A DNA stretch of 59,807 nt, the filler included. It is 4 parts of 4 records of this genome, joined end to end, with 100 filler letters (N's around TTAATTAATTAA, not from the genome) between each part and the next. Parts side by side here need not be neighbours in the genome. Positions count along the whole stretch, not along the records: positions 40,851 to 59,807 come from DRR723986_2424; 3 more parts are not named here. The stretch is one strand, 5' to 3'. The translations under genes were made by a program, and so were the position numbers. A model generated the notes under the pieces. It worked only from the letters and a program-made list of their open reading frames with translations. It did no database searches and had not been told where the DNA came from. This document shows, one piece after another, positions 40,751 to 51,729 of this stretch. How positions within the stretch are numbered: position 1 is the first letter of the stretch; the number at the start of each line of letters is the position of its first letter.

Positions 40751-40850
40751 NNNNNNNNNNNNNNNNNNNNNNNNNNNNNNNNNNNNNNNNNNNNTTAATT
40801 AATTAANNNNNNNNNNNNNNNNNNNNNNNNNNNNNNNNNNNNNNNNNNNN
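40751..40850. other. Artificial contig spacer N44-TTAATTAATTAA-N44
   Basis: Same 100-nt spacer. Confidence 0.98.
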
Positions 40851-40851
40851 T

Positions 40852-41664
40852 CGCAAGCAATTGCTGGAATACGATGATGTGTCCAATGAGCAGCGCAAAA
40901 TCATTTATGCCCAGCGAAATGAAATTCTGGAATCAGCAGAAATTCGCGAAACCATTGGCAACTTGCGACATGGCGCGCTGGAGGCTGTGTTCCGTGAGTA
41001 CATTCCCGAAGAATCTGTTGAAGAGCAATGGGATCTGGAAGGTTTGGAAACCGTGCTGCGCAACGAATATCAGCTTGAGGCCACTTTGCGCCAATGGCTG
41101 GAAGAGGATGCAAAAAGCTCGGACGAAGACTTTTTGAAGCGAATTCTTCAAATGGCAGATGAGGTTTACAACGCCAAGGTTCAACTGGTCGGTGCGGATT
41201 CCTTTGCCAAATTCGAGAAGACGCTGTTGCTGCAAAGCATTGACACCCACTGGCGTGAGCATCTGGCTGCCCTGGATTACCTTCGACAAGGGATTCACTT
41301 GCGTGGTTATGCCCAGAAAAATCCCAAACAGGAATACAAGCGCGAAGCGTTTGAGTTGTTTGGCGCCTTGTTGAATCGTGTGCGCGATGAAGTGGCCAAG
41401 GTGTTGCTCACTGTGCGCGTTCAATCTGCAGAGCAGGTGCAACAAGCAGAGCAGCAACTTGAACAGGAAGCCGCGGCGCATCTGGACAATATTCAGTATC
41501 AGCATGCAGATGCAAGCGGAGAAGAAGAACAAGCCTCTGAGGGCGAACGTTCGGCTGCACCCGCAAACGTACCCCGTCGGGTGAGTGAAAAAGTGGGTCG
41601 TAACGACCCTTGCCCCTGTGGTTCGGGCAAGAAGTACAAGCAGTGCCACGGAAAAATTTCCTGA
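40852..41664 (+). CDS. secA: Preprotein translocase SecA (C-terminal part, 5'-truncated)
   Basis: [50 protein letters not shown] motif. Confidence 0.97.
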   Translation, partial: RKQLLEYDDVSNEQRKIIYAQRNEILESAEIRETIGNLRHGALEAVFREYIPEESVEEQWDLEGLETVLRNEYQLEATLRQWLEEDAKSSDEDFLKRILQMADEVYNAKVQLVGADSFAKFEKTLLLQSIDTHWREHLAALDYLRQGIHLRGYAQKNPKQEYKREAFELFGALLNRVRDEVAKVLLTVRVQSAEQVQQAEQQLEQEAAAHLDNIQYQHADASGEEEQASEGERSAAPANVPRRVSEKVGRNDPCPCGSGKKYKQCHGKIS

Positions 41665-41715
41665 AATAAACTTGAGATACTCGCGCGAGACGCGCGCACC
41701 GAGGAGTTGATTGCC

Positions 41716-42945
41716 ATGCCTGTGAATTTGAAAGTACCTGCTGCTGATTCCCTGTTTCCAGTCGCCGGTTTGGACATGGGTTATGCCATGGCCCAAATTC
41801 GCAAGCCCAACCGAAAGGATGTCCTGGTGGTGCGTGTGGCGGAAGGCAGCAGTGTGGCGGGTGTATTTACGAAAAACCGCTTTTGTGCCGCACCGGTTCA
41901 GGTTTGTCAGGCTCATTTGAAGGCTGGAAAGGGAATTCGTGCTTTGGTGGTCAACACCGGTTGTGCCAACGCTGGTACTGGCGAGCGCGGCTTGGCCGAT
42001 GCGCGGGCGACCACAGCCAAGGTGGCCGAGTTGCTGGGTGTAGCACCCGAGCAGGTGCTTGTATTCTCAACTGGTGTCATTCTCGAGAACCTGCCCATGG
42101 ATCGTTTGTTGTTGGGCATTGATCAGGCGGTTGCAGGTTTGGGCAAAGCAGATTGGCTGGATGCCGCCACTGCAATCATGACCACTGACACCTTGCCCAA
42201 GGCCAGCAGCCGCAAGCTGCAAGTGGGTGCAGGTGAAATTGCAATCACTGGGGTATCAAAGGGTGCAGGCATGATTCGCCCCAATATGGCCACCATGCTG
42301 GGCTACCTGGCCACCGATGCGGCTATTGCCCAACCTGTGCTGGAAAAGTGGACCACAGCCATGGCTGATGCCTCATTCAATCGAATTACGATTGATGGCG
42401 ATACTTCAACGAATGACAGCTTTGTGGTGATCGCCACAGGTAAAAGCAATGCCGTGAATATTCAAACCGGCAATGAGCCAGAGGCTGCGGCCGTATTCGA
42501 GGCACTGAAGGCCGAATCGATCAAGTTGGCTCAAGCAATTGTTCGCGATGGCGAGGGTGCCACCAAATTCATTACCGTGAAGGTAGAACAGGCGGGCAGC
42601 GAGGAAGAGGCGCTGAAAGTGGCCTACGCCATCGGCCATTCTCCATTGGTGAAAACTGCGTTTTTTGCATCAGACCCCAACCTGGGCCGTATTTTGGCGG
42701 CAGTTGGTTATGCTGGTATTGATGACCTCGATCAAACCAAAATTCAACTGTATCTGGGCGACGTCTATGTGGCCAAAAATGGCGGACGCCATCCCGATTA
42801 TCGGGAAGAGCAAGGGCAGGCGGTCATGAACGATGCCGAAATTACTGTGCGCGTTCAATTGGGGCGTGGCAATGCCAGCACCACCGTGTGGACCACTGAC
42901 TTTTCGCATGAGTATGTCACCATCAATGCGGATTACCGCAGTTAA
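41716..42945 (+). CDS. argJ: Bifunctional glutamate N-acetyltransferase / amino-acid acetyltransferase
   Basis: [54 protein letters not shown]. Confidence 0.97.
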   Translation: MPVNLKVPAADSLFPVAGLDMGYAMAQIRKPNRKDVLVVRVAEGSSVAGVFTKNRFCAAPVQVCQAHLKAGKGIRALVVNTGCANAGTGERGLADARATTAKVAELLGVAPEQVLVFSTGVILENLPMDRLLLGIDQAVAGLGKADWLDAATAIMTTDTLPKASSRKLQVGAGEIAITGVSKGAGMIRPNMATMLGYLATDAAIAQPVLEKWTTAMADASFNRITIDGDTSTNDSFVVIATGKSNAVNIQTGNEPEAAAVFEALKAESIKLAQAIVRDGEGATKFITVKVEQAGSEEEALKVAYAIGHSPLVKTAFFASDPNLGRILAAVGYAGIDDLDQTKIQLYLGDVYVAKNGGRHPDYREEQGQAVMNDAEITVRVQLGRGNASTTVWTTDFSHEYVTINADYRS

Positions 42946-42956
42946 GTGCTGCCGCA

Positions 42957-43823
42957 ATGAGTACCCAACACAACGACACCAAAGCGATTCTCGAGCAGCT
43001 TGGCCGTATCGCTCAAGCCTTGGAGCAGGGGGTGATGAAAGCGCCCACAAACTGGAATGCCTCCACTGCATTTCGTCTGCATCACAGGGCGGGCCAACTA
43101 CGCCTTGAGCCGGTAAAAACAGTCGAGTCACTGGACGCGGCTGTGCTGAAGAACATTGGGCCCCAACTTGAGAAAGTGGACCAGAACACACACCAGTTCG
43201 TGAAGGGGTTGCCTGCCAACAATGTGTTGCTCACCGGTGCGCGCGGCACCGGCAAGTCAAGCTTGGTGCGCGCCATGTTGAGCCGTTATTCGCCTCAGGG
43301 TCTGCGTTTGATCGAGGTCGACAAAACAGACCTGCTGTTTTTGCAAGACGTCGTTGACCTGGTCAACGGCAGACCTGAACGGTTTATTGTGTTTTGCGAC
43401 GACCTGTCTTTTGAGGAAGGCGAGGCTGGCTACAAGGCATTGAAAAGCGTATTGGATGGTTCTATCGCGGGCACATCGGACAACGTGTTGATTTACGCCA
43501 CATCAAACCGCCGCCATTTGCTGCCGCAAATGATGAAAGACAACCTTCAAACCCAGCACATGGACAATGGCGAAATTCGTCCTGCCGAGGGTATTGAAGA
43601 AAAGGTATCGCTGTCGGACCGATTTGGTGTGTGGGTGTCTTTCCATGCATTCAATCAGGATGAGTACCTGGCCGCCGTGCAAGTGTGGCTGGAGCATTTC
43701 AACATGCCTTATACCGACGAGGCTCGACACATCGCACTTCGATGGACTATTGAGCGCGGTAGCCGCAGTGGTCGCTTGGCCTATCAGTTTGCCAAGCATT
43801 GGGCTGGCTCAAAAGGTTTGTAA
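42957..43823 (+). CDS. AAA+ ATP-binding protein (DUF815 family)
   Basis: PANNVLLTGARGTGKSS, FCDDLSF, YATSNRRHL, EEKVSLSDRFG, SRSGR. Confidence 0.9.
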   Translation: MSTQHNDTKAILEQLGRIAQALEQGVMKAPTNWNASTAFRLHHRAGQLRLEPVKTVESLDAAVLKNIGPQLEKVDQNTHQFVKGLPANNVLLTGARGTGKSSLVRAMLSRYSPQGLRLIEVDKTDLLFLQDVVDLVNGRPERFIVFCDDLSFEEGEAGYKALKSVLDGSIAGTSDNVLIYATSNRRHLLPQMMKDNLQTQHMDNGEIRPAEGIEEKVSLSDRFGVWVSFHAFNQDEYLAAVQVWLEHFNMPYTDEARHIALRWTIERGSRSGRLAYQFAKHWAGSKGL

Positions 43824-43828
43824 GTCGA

Positions 43829-44794
43829 GTGACAACTTCTTTGGTTAAACCCCGCATTGATGTGGCAGTGGCTGTGGTATTCAATACTCATGGTCAGGTG
43901 CTTTGGGGTTGCCGACCTGAGGGGAAGCCTTACGCCGGTTACTGGGAGTTTCCCGGTGGCAAGGTGGAGCCAGACGAAACGGTGTGGCAGGCTTTGGTAC
44001 GTGAACTGAAAGAAGAACTCGATATCACAGCCCTTGAAGGTGGGCCCTGGTTTCGCATTGAACACGACTACGAGCATGCCAACGTGCGTTTGCATTTGTA
44101 CCGGGTGTGGCGTTTTGATGGCAGCCCCAAGTCGCTGGAGAACCAGCGCTTCACTTGGGCTAGCCTTGACAGCTCAGACTTGTCTCCGATTCTGCCAGCC
44201 ACGGAACCCTTGCTGCCCAAATTGGCGCAGCCCACAGTCATGGCGTTGAGCAATTACGAAGCCGGGTTTGAGGCTTGTGCCAAGCGATTGGAACAGGGAC
44301 TGAGCCGGGCCACAATGCCGATTTATGTTCAGTTTCGTGAAAAGACCCTAAAGGGCGATGCCTTGATTCAAGCCTTTGAGCACTGTTATGGCTTGTGTCA
44401 AAAGACCGGACAGGCCATGTTGTTGAATTCCGATACATGGACCAATCTCGCAGTGCATCTGGACGCTTTGCCGTGTCCGCTTCATTTGACGCAGGCTCAT
44501 TTGTTGTCGGGTCAATTCCAGGGTGTACAGTGTGCGGGTGCGTCGGTGCACGATACTGACAGTCTGCACATGGCTTTTGATCGAGGTTTGAGTTATGCCG
44601 TCTTGGGTGCAGTGAAGCCTACTTCCTCGCACCCGGGGCAACCCGGTTTGGGTTGGCAAGGGTTTCTTGACAGTGCGCTGGGCGCGCGCTTGCCTGTATT
44701 TGCGATTGGAGGCTTGGCCTGGGGTGACATGCCGGATGCACGCAGGCATGGTGCCCACGGAATTGCCATGCTCAGTCAGTTTGGGGTGGGCTGA
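43829..44794 (+). CDS. MutT-like Nudix hydrolase fused to thiamine-phosphate-synthase-like TIM barrel
   Basis: WEFPGGKVEPDE...RELKEEL Nudix box; QFREK, GASVH, TSSHPG, PVFAIGG ThiE-like motifs. Likely GTG start at 43829. Confidence 0.88.
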   Translation: MTTSLVKPRIDVAVAVVFNTHGQVLWGCRPEGKPYAGYWEFPGGKVEPDETVWQALVRELKEELDITALEGGPWFRIEHDYEHANVRLHLYRVWRFDGSPKSLENQRFTWASLDSSDLSPILPATEPLLPKLAQPTVMALSNYEAGFEACAKRLEQGLSRATMPIYVQFREKTLKGDALIQAFEHCYGLCQKTGQAMLLNSDTWTNLAVHLDALPCPLHLTQAHLLSGQFQGVQCAGASVHDTDSLHMAFDRGLSYAVLGAVKPTSSHPGQPGLGWQGFLDSALGARLPVFAIGGLAWGDMPDARRHGAHGIAMLSQFGVG

Positions 44795-44800
44795 GCAAAC

Positions 44801-45673
44801 TTACAGGTTACAAAGCCTGATTTTGAACTCAATGGGTTCCAGATAGGGGTTGTTTTTGCTGACCCCGTTGGCATTCGGAATGTTGAATCGAATCCACAGC
44901 ATGTATTTGTTGGCGCTGAATTCGGGTACCACTTCCAGGTCACTGGGTAGATCGACCCGCAAAAGCTGAAATGTTTTGCCGCTCATTTGCTGAGTGTAAT
45001 TGCCTTGTTCGGCCGTTACCACGCTCATTTCGCCACTATGGCGCAAGATCTTCAAGACAAGTTCAATGGCTTTGGCCAGAGGTCGCATGGGCTCGAACCA
45101 GGCCTCAATGTCAAGGCGTCTCGCCTGCGCTGAACGGGATTGCCAGCGGTGATAACCGGGCAAATCAAATTCGCAAACACCACCCGGAATGGTGCAACGG
45201 CTGCGAATAATCATCAAAAATTCATTGTCACGAAGATGATAACCCAATCGACCGTTGCACTGATTCAACTGAGTGGCCGTGGAGTCAATGCTGGCCAAGG
45301 TGTCTTCCAGCATGTTGCGATCAACGCCTGGGTGGCCTCGAAACTGAACCAGCGACGCGCGCTGCCTGTCAAGCTCCTGAAGCAAATCGCTTTTCAAATC
45401 AGCTCTTGAGCCGACTTCAATGATTTCAAACAGGGTGAGCAGGGCGGTGTGGTGGTCCAGCCGATGGTCTTGAGCCATGAAGAAGCCGAATTTGGCAAAC
45501 AAATCTTCAAGGCGCAACAGCGTGCGAATTCTCTCGTTGAGTGGAAACTCGTATGTGGTGATTTGAGTGACCGGATTGCTGGTCTGTTGTTCGTCTGTAA
45601 CTTGAGTCACCGAGCCATCGCAATTAAAAGAAACATCAGGTGTGATTGTGGCGCACCTGTGGTTTTCATGCAA
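44801..45673 (-). CDS. zapD: Cell division protein ZapD (true start probably downstream, e.g. GTG 45610)
   Basis: YEFPLNERIRTLLRLE, RADLKSDLLQEL, IPGGVCEFDLP, PEFSANKY. Confidence 0.93.
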   Translation of the reverse strand: MHENHRCATITPDVSFNCDGSVTQVTDEQQTSNPVTQITTYEFPLNERIRTLLRLEDLFAKFGFFMAQDHRLDHHTALLTLFEIIEVGSRADLKSDLLQELDRQRASLVQFRGHPGVDRNMLEDTLASIDSTATQLNQCNGRLGYHLRDNEFLMIIRSRCTIPGGVCEFDLPGYHRWQSRSAQARRLDIEAWFEPMRPLAKAIELVLKILRHSGEMSVVTAEQGNYTQQMSGKTFQLLRVDLPSDLEVVPEFSANKYMLWIRFNIPNANGVSKNNPYLEPIEFKIRLCNL

Positions 45674-45682
45674 ATAGCAAGG

Positions 45683-46309
45683 TCATTTTTGCGCCTTTTT
45701 TATTAATTTTTGGTGCATAAAGTCGATTTTTTCAATCAGTTCGGCTAGATCACCATTGTTTTCGATCACCTGTGTCGCACCTGCCCGCCGTCTCTCTCGG
45801 GTGGCCTGGTTTTGCATCACTGTACGCACTTGCGTTTCGGGCCAACCATTGCGTTGAATAACTCTGCGTACCTGTTGTTCCTCCGGGCAATCGACCACGA
45901 TGATTTCATCCATCAGTTCACCCCAGCCTCCTTTTTCAAACAGCAGGGGCACCACCAGCACAAAGTAAAGCGGGGCACCGGCGTTCAGGTACTGCTGCAC
46001 GAGCTCGCGGATTTTCGGGTGAAGAATTTTCTCCAGTTCAATACGCTTCCCCGGATCTTTGAAAACCAAAGCCCGCATGTAGTCGCGGTTCATGCTGCCG
46101 TCAGGAAGGAGGGCCTCCTCACCAAACGTCTTTTGTATGTCAGGCATGGCAAGCCCCCCGACCTTGGTGAGGCTATGGGCTATTTCATCAGTGTCGATGA
46201 TGGTTGCACCCAAGGCTTGAAGCCGGTTGGAAACGGCAGTTTTCCCGGACCCGATTCCGCCAGTCAAGCCAACGACCAGTTGCTTGGGTTTGTTCAGGGC
46301 TATGTGCAT
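45683..46309 (-). CDS. coaE: Dephospho-CoA kinase
   Basis: VGLTGGIGSGKT, IDTDEIAH, ILHPKI, VPLLFE. Confidence 0.96.
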   Translation of the reverse strand: MHIALNKPKQLVVGLTGGIGSGKTAVSNRLQALGATIIDTDEIAHSLTKVGGLAMPDIQKTFGEEALLPDGSMNRDYMRALVFKDPGKRIELEKILHPKIRELVQQYLNAGAPLYFVLVVPLLFEKGGWGELMDEIIVVDCPEEQQVRRVIQRNGWPETQVRTVMQNQATRERRRAGATQVIENNGDLAELIEKIDFMHQKLIKKAQK

Positions 46310-46316
46310 CGCTTGT

Positions 46317-47156
46317 TTAAATCCATCGGGTCAGGTCAAAGCCTGCCATCCACGCCAAGGCCCCCATCACCAGACAGGGACCAAAGGGAAAGGCCTCCGT
46401 TTTCTTCTTGCCTCGGATGGTTTGAATGATCAGGCCAAACACAATGCCGGATACGGAGGCAAACAACACCACGCTAAACAGAGAGGTGATGCCCAGCCAC
46501 GCACCAATTGCAGCCAGCAACTTGAAGTCCCCATAGCCCATGCCTTCTTTGCCGGTGGCCAGTTTGAAAAGTTGGTAAATCAGCCACAACACCAGGTAGC
46601 CCATGGCTGCCCCCGACACCGCGCTGGCCAACGGCACGAATTCAACAAAAAGGTTGAACGACAAACCAGCCCACAGAAGCGGCAATGTGATGCTATCGGG
46701 CAGCAGGTAAGTATCAAGATCGATCAGCGCCAGGACCAGCAGACAGGCTGCAAATGCCATTAAAGCCAGACCGACGACGCCGGGCGGGTGGAGTAAGGCG
46801 ATGGCCAGAAAAAAACCCCCACAAAGTAGCTCAACCACCGGGTAGCGCAGGGAGATACGGCTTGAGCAATGCGCACATTTGCCACGCAAAAGCAGGTAGG
46901 AAATCACGGGAATGTTGTGCCAGGCTTTCAAAGGCGTTTTACAAGCGGGGCAGTGGGAGGCCGGCAGAAACAGGTTAAACCGCGGAAATTCCTCAGGCTC
47001 TCGGCCTTGTGCCTCGGCCAGGTCGGCATCCCATGCGCGTTGCATCATGATGGGCAGGCGGTGGGCGACGACATTCAAAAACGACCCAATGCACAGCCCA
47101 AGCAGCACGCTTAGTACAAGCCAATGGAATGGCTCCAAACTATTCAGTGCGGTCAA
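46317..47156 (-). CDS. pilD: Prepilin peptidase
   Basis: GSFLNVVAHRLP, two CxxC pairs, IDLDTYLLPD, GMGYGDFKL, PFGP. TTG start at 47156 overlaps the pilC stop. Confidence 0.94.
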   Translation of the reverse strand: MTALNSLEPFHWLVLSVLLGLCIGSFLNVVAHRLPIMMQRAWDADLAEAQGREPEEFPRFNLFLPASHCPACKTPLKAWHNIPVISYLLLRGKCAHCSSRISLRYPVVELLCGGFFLAIALLHPPGVVGLALMAFAACLLVLALIDLDTYLLPDSITLPLLWAGLSFNLFVEFVPLASAVSGAAMGYLVLWLIYQLFKLATGKEGMGYGDFKLLAAIGAWLGITSLFSVVLFASVSGIVFGLIIQTIRGKKKTEAFPFGPCLVMGALAWMAGFDLTRWI

Positions 47157-48391
47157 ACAATATCTCCCATATTGAAGATCGGCATGTACATGCCCACAAT
47201 CAGCACGCCCACCAGTATGCCAATGATGCACATGATCATGGGCTCCATCACGGTAGACAGTGTATCCACTTTGTCATCCAGATTGGTTTCATATTGGTTG
47301 GCCAATCGCTCAAGCATGGAGTCCATCCTGCCCGATTCTTCTCCGATCCGGATCATCTGGATGGATTCGGGCGGGAACAGCCGACTGTTTTCCATGCTGT
47401 CAGAAACCCGACCACCCGAGGCAACGGCTTGCCGTATTTCAAGCGTGGCGTCCTGAAAGCTTCGAATTTGGGACACACTGGCCACTGACTCAAGCGCAGA
47501 GGTGATCGGTACCCCCGATGCACTGAGCGTCGCGAAAGTACGCGTCCAGCGCGCGTGAACAGCCGTTTTCATGAGATCGCCAATCAAAGGCAGGCGCAAC
47601 AGCAGTATGTCCATGGAGTTCTTGAATTGTTGATTTCGGCGATACATTTGATACAGGCTGTAAATGCCCAGACCAAAACCCGCCAGCACGATGAGCCCAT
47701 ATTCCTGAAGAAAGCCAGAGGCTTTCAGCAGCAGGGTGGTGAGCAAAGGCAACTCGGCATCGAACTGCGAGTAAATGGATTTGAACGAGGGCAATACGAA
47801 TAGAAGCATGCCCACAGTGACTGCAATGGCCACCAGCACCACAATGCTTGGGTAAATCATGGCTTTACGCACCTTTTGGCGGATGCGCAAGGTTTTTTCA
47901 ATGTGAGTGGCCAATCGGCCCAGTGCGCTGTCCAGTTCCCCAGCATTTTCGCCGGCAGCCAGGGTGTTACAAAACAGGTTGTCGAAACAGCGGGGGTGTT
48001 TGCGCATGGCCTCGCTGAGTTTTAAGCCGCTTTCTACGTCAGCCCGAATGGCTCTGACCACTGCCTGCATACCTCGTTTTGATTTGCTGGTCATGCCACC
48101 TGCAATCAGCCCCAGGCTTTGCCCAAGCGGTACACCTGACTGAATCATGACTGCAAGCTGCCTGACAAAAGAGGCCACCAACACGAGTGGAATTTTGCGG
48201 CCGGTGTAGGGTTTGGCTTTTCGAAGCGAGCTGGGTTTGACCCCTTGTCGGCTCAGCTGATAACGGGCGTGGTCGATTGATTTGGCCCTGATTTCACCTG
48301 TTCGGGGTTTTTGTGTTTTGCTTTTGGGTTTTTCTGTCCATAAAAACAGCAGATCCCCGGAGGCGGGTTTCTCTCTCAGATTGGCATTCAT
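47153..48391 (-). CDS. pilC: Type IV pilus inner-membrane platform protein (T2SS F family)
   Basis: RQLAVMIQSGVPL, AGENAGEL, AMIYP, IGEESG, MYMPIFNMG. Confidence 0.93.
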   Translation of the reverse strand: MNANLREKPASGDLLFLWTEKPKSKTQKPRTGEIRAKSIDHARYQLSRQGVKPSSLRKAKPYTGRKIPLVLVASFVRQLAVMIQSGVPLGQSLGLIAGGMTSKSKRGMQAVVRAIRADVESGLKLSEAMRKHPRCFDNLFCNTLAAGENAGELDSALGRLATHIEKTLRIRQKVRKAMIYPSIVVLVAIAVTVGMLLFVLPSFKSIYSQFDAELPLLTTLLLKASGFLQEYGLIVLAGFGLGIYSLYQMYRRNQQFKNSMDILLLRLPLIGDLMKTAVHARWTRTFATLSASGVPITSALESVASVSQIRSFQDATLEIRQAVASGGRVSDSMENSRLFPPESIQMIRIGEESGRMDSMLERLANQYETNLDDKVDTLSTVMEPMIMCIIGILVGVLIVGMYMPIFNMGDIV

Positions 48392-48411
48392 CGCGCGCGC
48401 TCGCAGGCAGA

Positions 48412-50109
48412 TTAATCGGCTTTTGTCGCGCTCAGAATTTCCTCAATGCTGGTGATGCCCAAGCGAACCTTGGCAACGCCAGATTCACTCATGCTGTCGA
48501 TGCCTTCCTGGCGGGCGAGACGCTCCAGTTCGAGCGCTGAGGCGCCCGAAATAATGAGTTCCTGCATGGCCTCGGACACGGGTAATACTTCGTAAATTCC
48601 GGTGCGACCTGAATATCCTGTGCCATTACACGCTTCGCAGCCCACCGCACAGAAGGGTGTCCAATCCTCTTGGGGGACTTCCTTCAGCAGGCCCGACGTG
48701 GTCAAGGCCTGTAGCCCAAGTGGGTGTGGCGACTTGCAGTTGCACAGTTTTCGCACCAGCCGTTGGGCAATAATCAGGCTGACCGAGGAGGCGATGTTGA
48801 AGGTTTCAACGCCCATGTTTTTCAGGCGGATAATCGACGAGACGGCGTCGTTGGTATGAAGGGTTGACAGCACCTTGTGACCCGTCTGAGATGCCTTGAT
48901 TGAGATGTCTGCAGTCTCAAGGTCGCGGATTTCACCGACCATGATGACGTCAGGATCCTGGCGTAGCAGGGCCCGAAGGGCTTTGGCAAACGTCAAGCCG
49001 ATCCGCTCGTTGATGTTGACCTGGTTGATTCCCGGCAGGTTGATTTCCGCGGGGTCTTCGACAGTGCTGATGTTGATGGAATCGTTGTTCAGCATTTGAA
49101 GAAAGGTATACAGCGACACCGTTTTGCCGCTACCCGTGGGGCCTGTGACGAGAATCATGCCGTGTGGCTTTGCCAAGGCTTTTTCGACAGCCGAACGCTG
49201 GGTGTTGTCAAACCCGAGTTGCTCAAGTTTCAGCAATGATTTGCTGGAGTCGAGCAGTCGCATCACGATTTTCTCACCGAACAAGGTGGGTAGCGTGCTG
49301 ACCCGGAAGTCGATTTTTCGTTCGTCAGCACCCAGCGTAAGCCGAATTCGGCCGTCTTGAGGCACACGAGTTTCGGTGGTGTTCAGGCGGCTCATGATCT
49401 TGATTCGGGCCGCGATTTTCGATTTGGCGGCCAGCGGGGGCTGAGAGGCTTCCTGCAGCACGCCATCAATGCGGAATCGAACCCGGTAACTTTTTTCGTA
49501 GGGCTCAAAATGAATATCCGAGGCCCCTTTTTTCAGTGCATCGCTTAACACTCGCTGAACAAATCGCACGATGGGTGCATCGTCTACGTCAGGTGAGGCT
49601 TCTTCGTTGATTGAATTGCCGGCATCAGATTCCACCTCAGTCAGCAGGCCTTCGTCCATACCTTGAGAGGGGTCATTTTTTTCGATTCGACTGATCAATT
49701 TGTCATATTCAACCACCACAGGTTCCACCTGCAGCTGCGTGCGAAATTTCAGTTGCTGAATGGTGCTGAGGTCGGTGGGGTCCGCCATGGCCACGCTGAG
49801 CGAACCGTGGCGGCGATTCAATACAAAAGCTTCCAGTCCCTTTTCAGCCTGGATCAAGTCAGCTTCAATGCTCTCACGGGTGTCGTCAAACTGACTCAGG
49901 TCAAGCAAAGGGTAGCCGAAGTGCTGTGCAACCGTGCTCGCAAGAAGCTCTGCGCTTACCAGGCCATTGTTGACAATCCACTCGGCCACTGAGCGGCCTT
50001 GGGCCTCCTCAGCAGTCAATTGCTCCAGCTGGGCGTTGTCGAGAATCCCTTTGGCGGTCAGTGCCCGCACAAGCCCTGAGCTTTTGACAATTGCACTACT
50101 GATGCTCAT
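48412..50109 (-). CDS. pilB: Type IV pilus assembly ATPase
   Basis: ASDIHFEP, PQDGR, TGPTGSGKTVSLY, LRQDPDVIMVGEIRD, STLHTN, zinc Cys. Confidence 0.94.
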   Translation of the reverse strand: MSISSAIVKSSGLVRALTAKGILDNAQLEQLTAEEAQGRSVAEWIVNNGLVSAELLASTVAQHFGYPLLDLSQFDDTRESIEADLIQAEKGLEAFVLNRRHGSLSVAMADPTDLSTIQQLKFRTQLQVEPVVVEYDKLISRIEKNDPSQGMDEGLLTEVESDAGNSINEEASPDVDDAPIVRFVQRVLSDALKKGASDIHFEPYEKSYRVRFRIDGVLQEASQPPLAAKSKIAARIKIMSRLNTTETRVPQDGRIRLTLGADERKIDFRVSTLPTLFGEKIVMRLLDSSKSLLKLEQLGFDNTQRSAVEKALAKPHGMILVTGPTGSGKTVSLYTFLQMLNNDSINISTVEDPAEINLPGINQVNINERIGLTFAKALRALLRQDPDVIMVGEIRDLETADISIKASQTGHKVLSTLHTNDAVSSIIRLKNMGVETFNIASSVSLIIAQRLVRKLCNCKSPHPLGLQALTTSGLLKEVPQEDWTPFCAVGCEACNGTGYSGRTGIYEVLPVSEAMQELIISGASALELERLARQEGIDSMSESGVAKVRLGITSIEEILSATKAD

Positions 50110-50218
50110 AGATCAAGGTCCTTGAAAGTGAAGGGTTTGGATCGAGATGTGTGTTGCCCAACTATGCGTATTCAGTATGTACTTATCAATCACCTAGGCG
50201 GATGTTTTTCAGTGACAA

Positions 50219-51211
50219 TCAGGCGTTGCGATTTACCGCAACGTCGCACAACATCGCCAAGGACTCAGTGTAAGGGTTACTGGCCAATGATCCCAAGCGG
50301 GTTTTCGCTGATTCTGCAAGCGCCTGTGCCTTGTTTCGGGTGTAGTCCAGCGAACCGGTTTGCTCAATGCTTGCCATAATGGCGTTTACGTCTTGTGTGC
50401 CCCCGTTGGCAATCGCATCCCGGATTTGGGCTTGTACCTGCGGTGCGGCATGTTGCATGGCATGAATCAGGGGCAGGGTGGGTTTGCCCTCGCGCAGGTC
50501 GTCGCCCACGTTTTTTCCCAAAGCCGCACTTTCCCCGGCGTAATCGAGCACATCGTCGATCAACTGAAAAGCGCTGCCTACTTCTGCTCCAAATTGACCC
50601 AGGTTGGCGATCACTTCCTTGCTTTGACCGGTCACAATCCCCGCCAGGCGGCATGAAGCTTCAAACAACTTGGCGGTTTTGAAGTCGATGACCTGCATGT
50701 ATCGGGCTTCTGTGACGTCGGGATCCTTGCAGTTGAGCAATTGCAATACCTCGCCTTCGGCGATGGTGTTGGTGGCCTCAGAAAGCACATCCATCACATC
50801 CATCAAACCAATTTTTACCATCATCTGAAATGAGCGCGAATAGAGGAAGTCGCCCACCAGTACAGCGGCGGAGTTTCCGTATTCGGCGTTTGCGGTGAGA
50901 CGACCACGGCGCATGTCCGATTCATCGACCACATCGTCGTGTAGCAGCGTTGCGGTATGAATGAATTCAACAATTGCTGCCAATTCAATGGCTTGCTGCA
51001 TCTGTTGTGGGTTTGCGCCCAGTGCCCGGGCTGTCAAAATGACCAATGCGGGGCGCAGGCGTTTTCCACCGGCGTTGATGATGTAATCGCTGATTTGGTT
51101 AATCAGGCTGACCTCGGAATGCAGGCTGGTTCGAATGACCTGGTCAAGTTGCTGCATGTCGGCCGCGATGGGGGACAACACGCTTTTCACACTGGGCGCT
51201 GGGCTGGGCAT
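50219..51211 (-). CDS. ispB: Octaprenyl/polyprenyl diphosphate synthase
   Basis: GGKRLRP, LHDDVVDESDMRRG, FQLIDDVLD, DDLREGKPT; divergent from rplU. Confidence 0.94.
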   Translation of the reverse strand: MPSPAPSVKSVLSPIAADMQQLDQVIRTSLHSEVSLINQISDYIINAGGKRLRPALVILTARALGANPQQMQQAIELAAIVEFIHTATLLHDDVVDESDMRRGRLTANAEYGNSAAVLVGDFLYSRSFQMMVKIGLMDVMDVLSEATNTIAEGEVLQLLNCKDPDVTEARYMQVIDFKTAKLFEASCRLAGIVTGQSKEVIANLGQFGAEVGSAFQLIDDVLDYAGESAALGKNVGDDLREGKPTLPLIHAMQHAAPQVQAQIRDAIANGGTQDVNAIMASIEQTGSLDYTRNKAQALAESAKTRLGSLASNPYTESLAMLCDVAVNRNA

Positions 51212-51318
51212 GGGTTCACTGCATGTCTGGTTGATTTATGTTGCGCTTATTGTACTTGACGGTGTTTGCCAAAAGCCGCGTTTCATGAGCAGAATGAACG
51301 ATGAATGATCACAAGGCT

Positions 51319-51347
51319 TTGACAACATTGCACTTTCCGAGCATAAT
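51319..51347 (+). promoter_or_regulatory. Sigma70 promoter of rplU-rpmA
   Basis: TTGACA-N17-CATAAT, 54 nt upstream of the rplU ATG. Confidence 0.8.
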
Positions 51348-51401
51348 TGCGGGCTATCCGAATTTTTTCGGGTTCGATTATCAAGAAACTAAGGGTCAAC
51401 T

Positions 51402-51713
51402 ATGTACGCGGTCATAAAAACCGGCGGCAAGCAATACAAGGTTGCTGCTGGTGAAAAACTTAAAGTAGAACAGATACCTGCTGACATTGGCCAAGAAATC
51501 TCTCTGGACGAAGTGCTCGCTGTTGGTAGCGGTGACACAGTTAAAGTGGGTACTCCACTGGTTCAAGGGGCTTCGGTCAAGGCAGTTGTTTTGGCACACG
51601 GTCGTCACGACAAAGTGAAGATCTTCAAGATGCGTCGTCGCAAGCACTATCAAAAGCGTCAAGGCCATCGCCAGAACTTCACTCAAATCCAGATCCAAGC
51701 CATCAACGCTTGA
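51402..51713 (+). CDS. rplU: 50S ribosomal protein L21
   Basis: [21 protein letters not shown]. Confidence 0.99.
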   Translation: MYAVIKTGGKQYKVAAGEKLKVEQIPADIGQEISLDEVLAVGSGDTVKVGTPLVQGASVKAVVLAHGRHDKVKIFKMRRRKHYQKRQGHRQNFTQIQIQAINA

Positions 51714-51729
51714 TAGAGGAGAATGACTC

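Noticed and set aside
40933-41916. 327-aa antisense ORF over secA/argJ
   Set aside because: Overlaps two confident genes on the other strand; unnatural composition.
43829-44794. Nudix-ThiE fusion as a novel architecture
   Set aside because: This fusion is already known next to secA/argJ in beta- and gammaproteobacteria.
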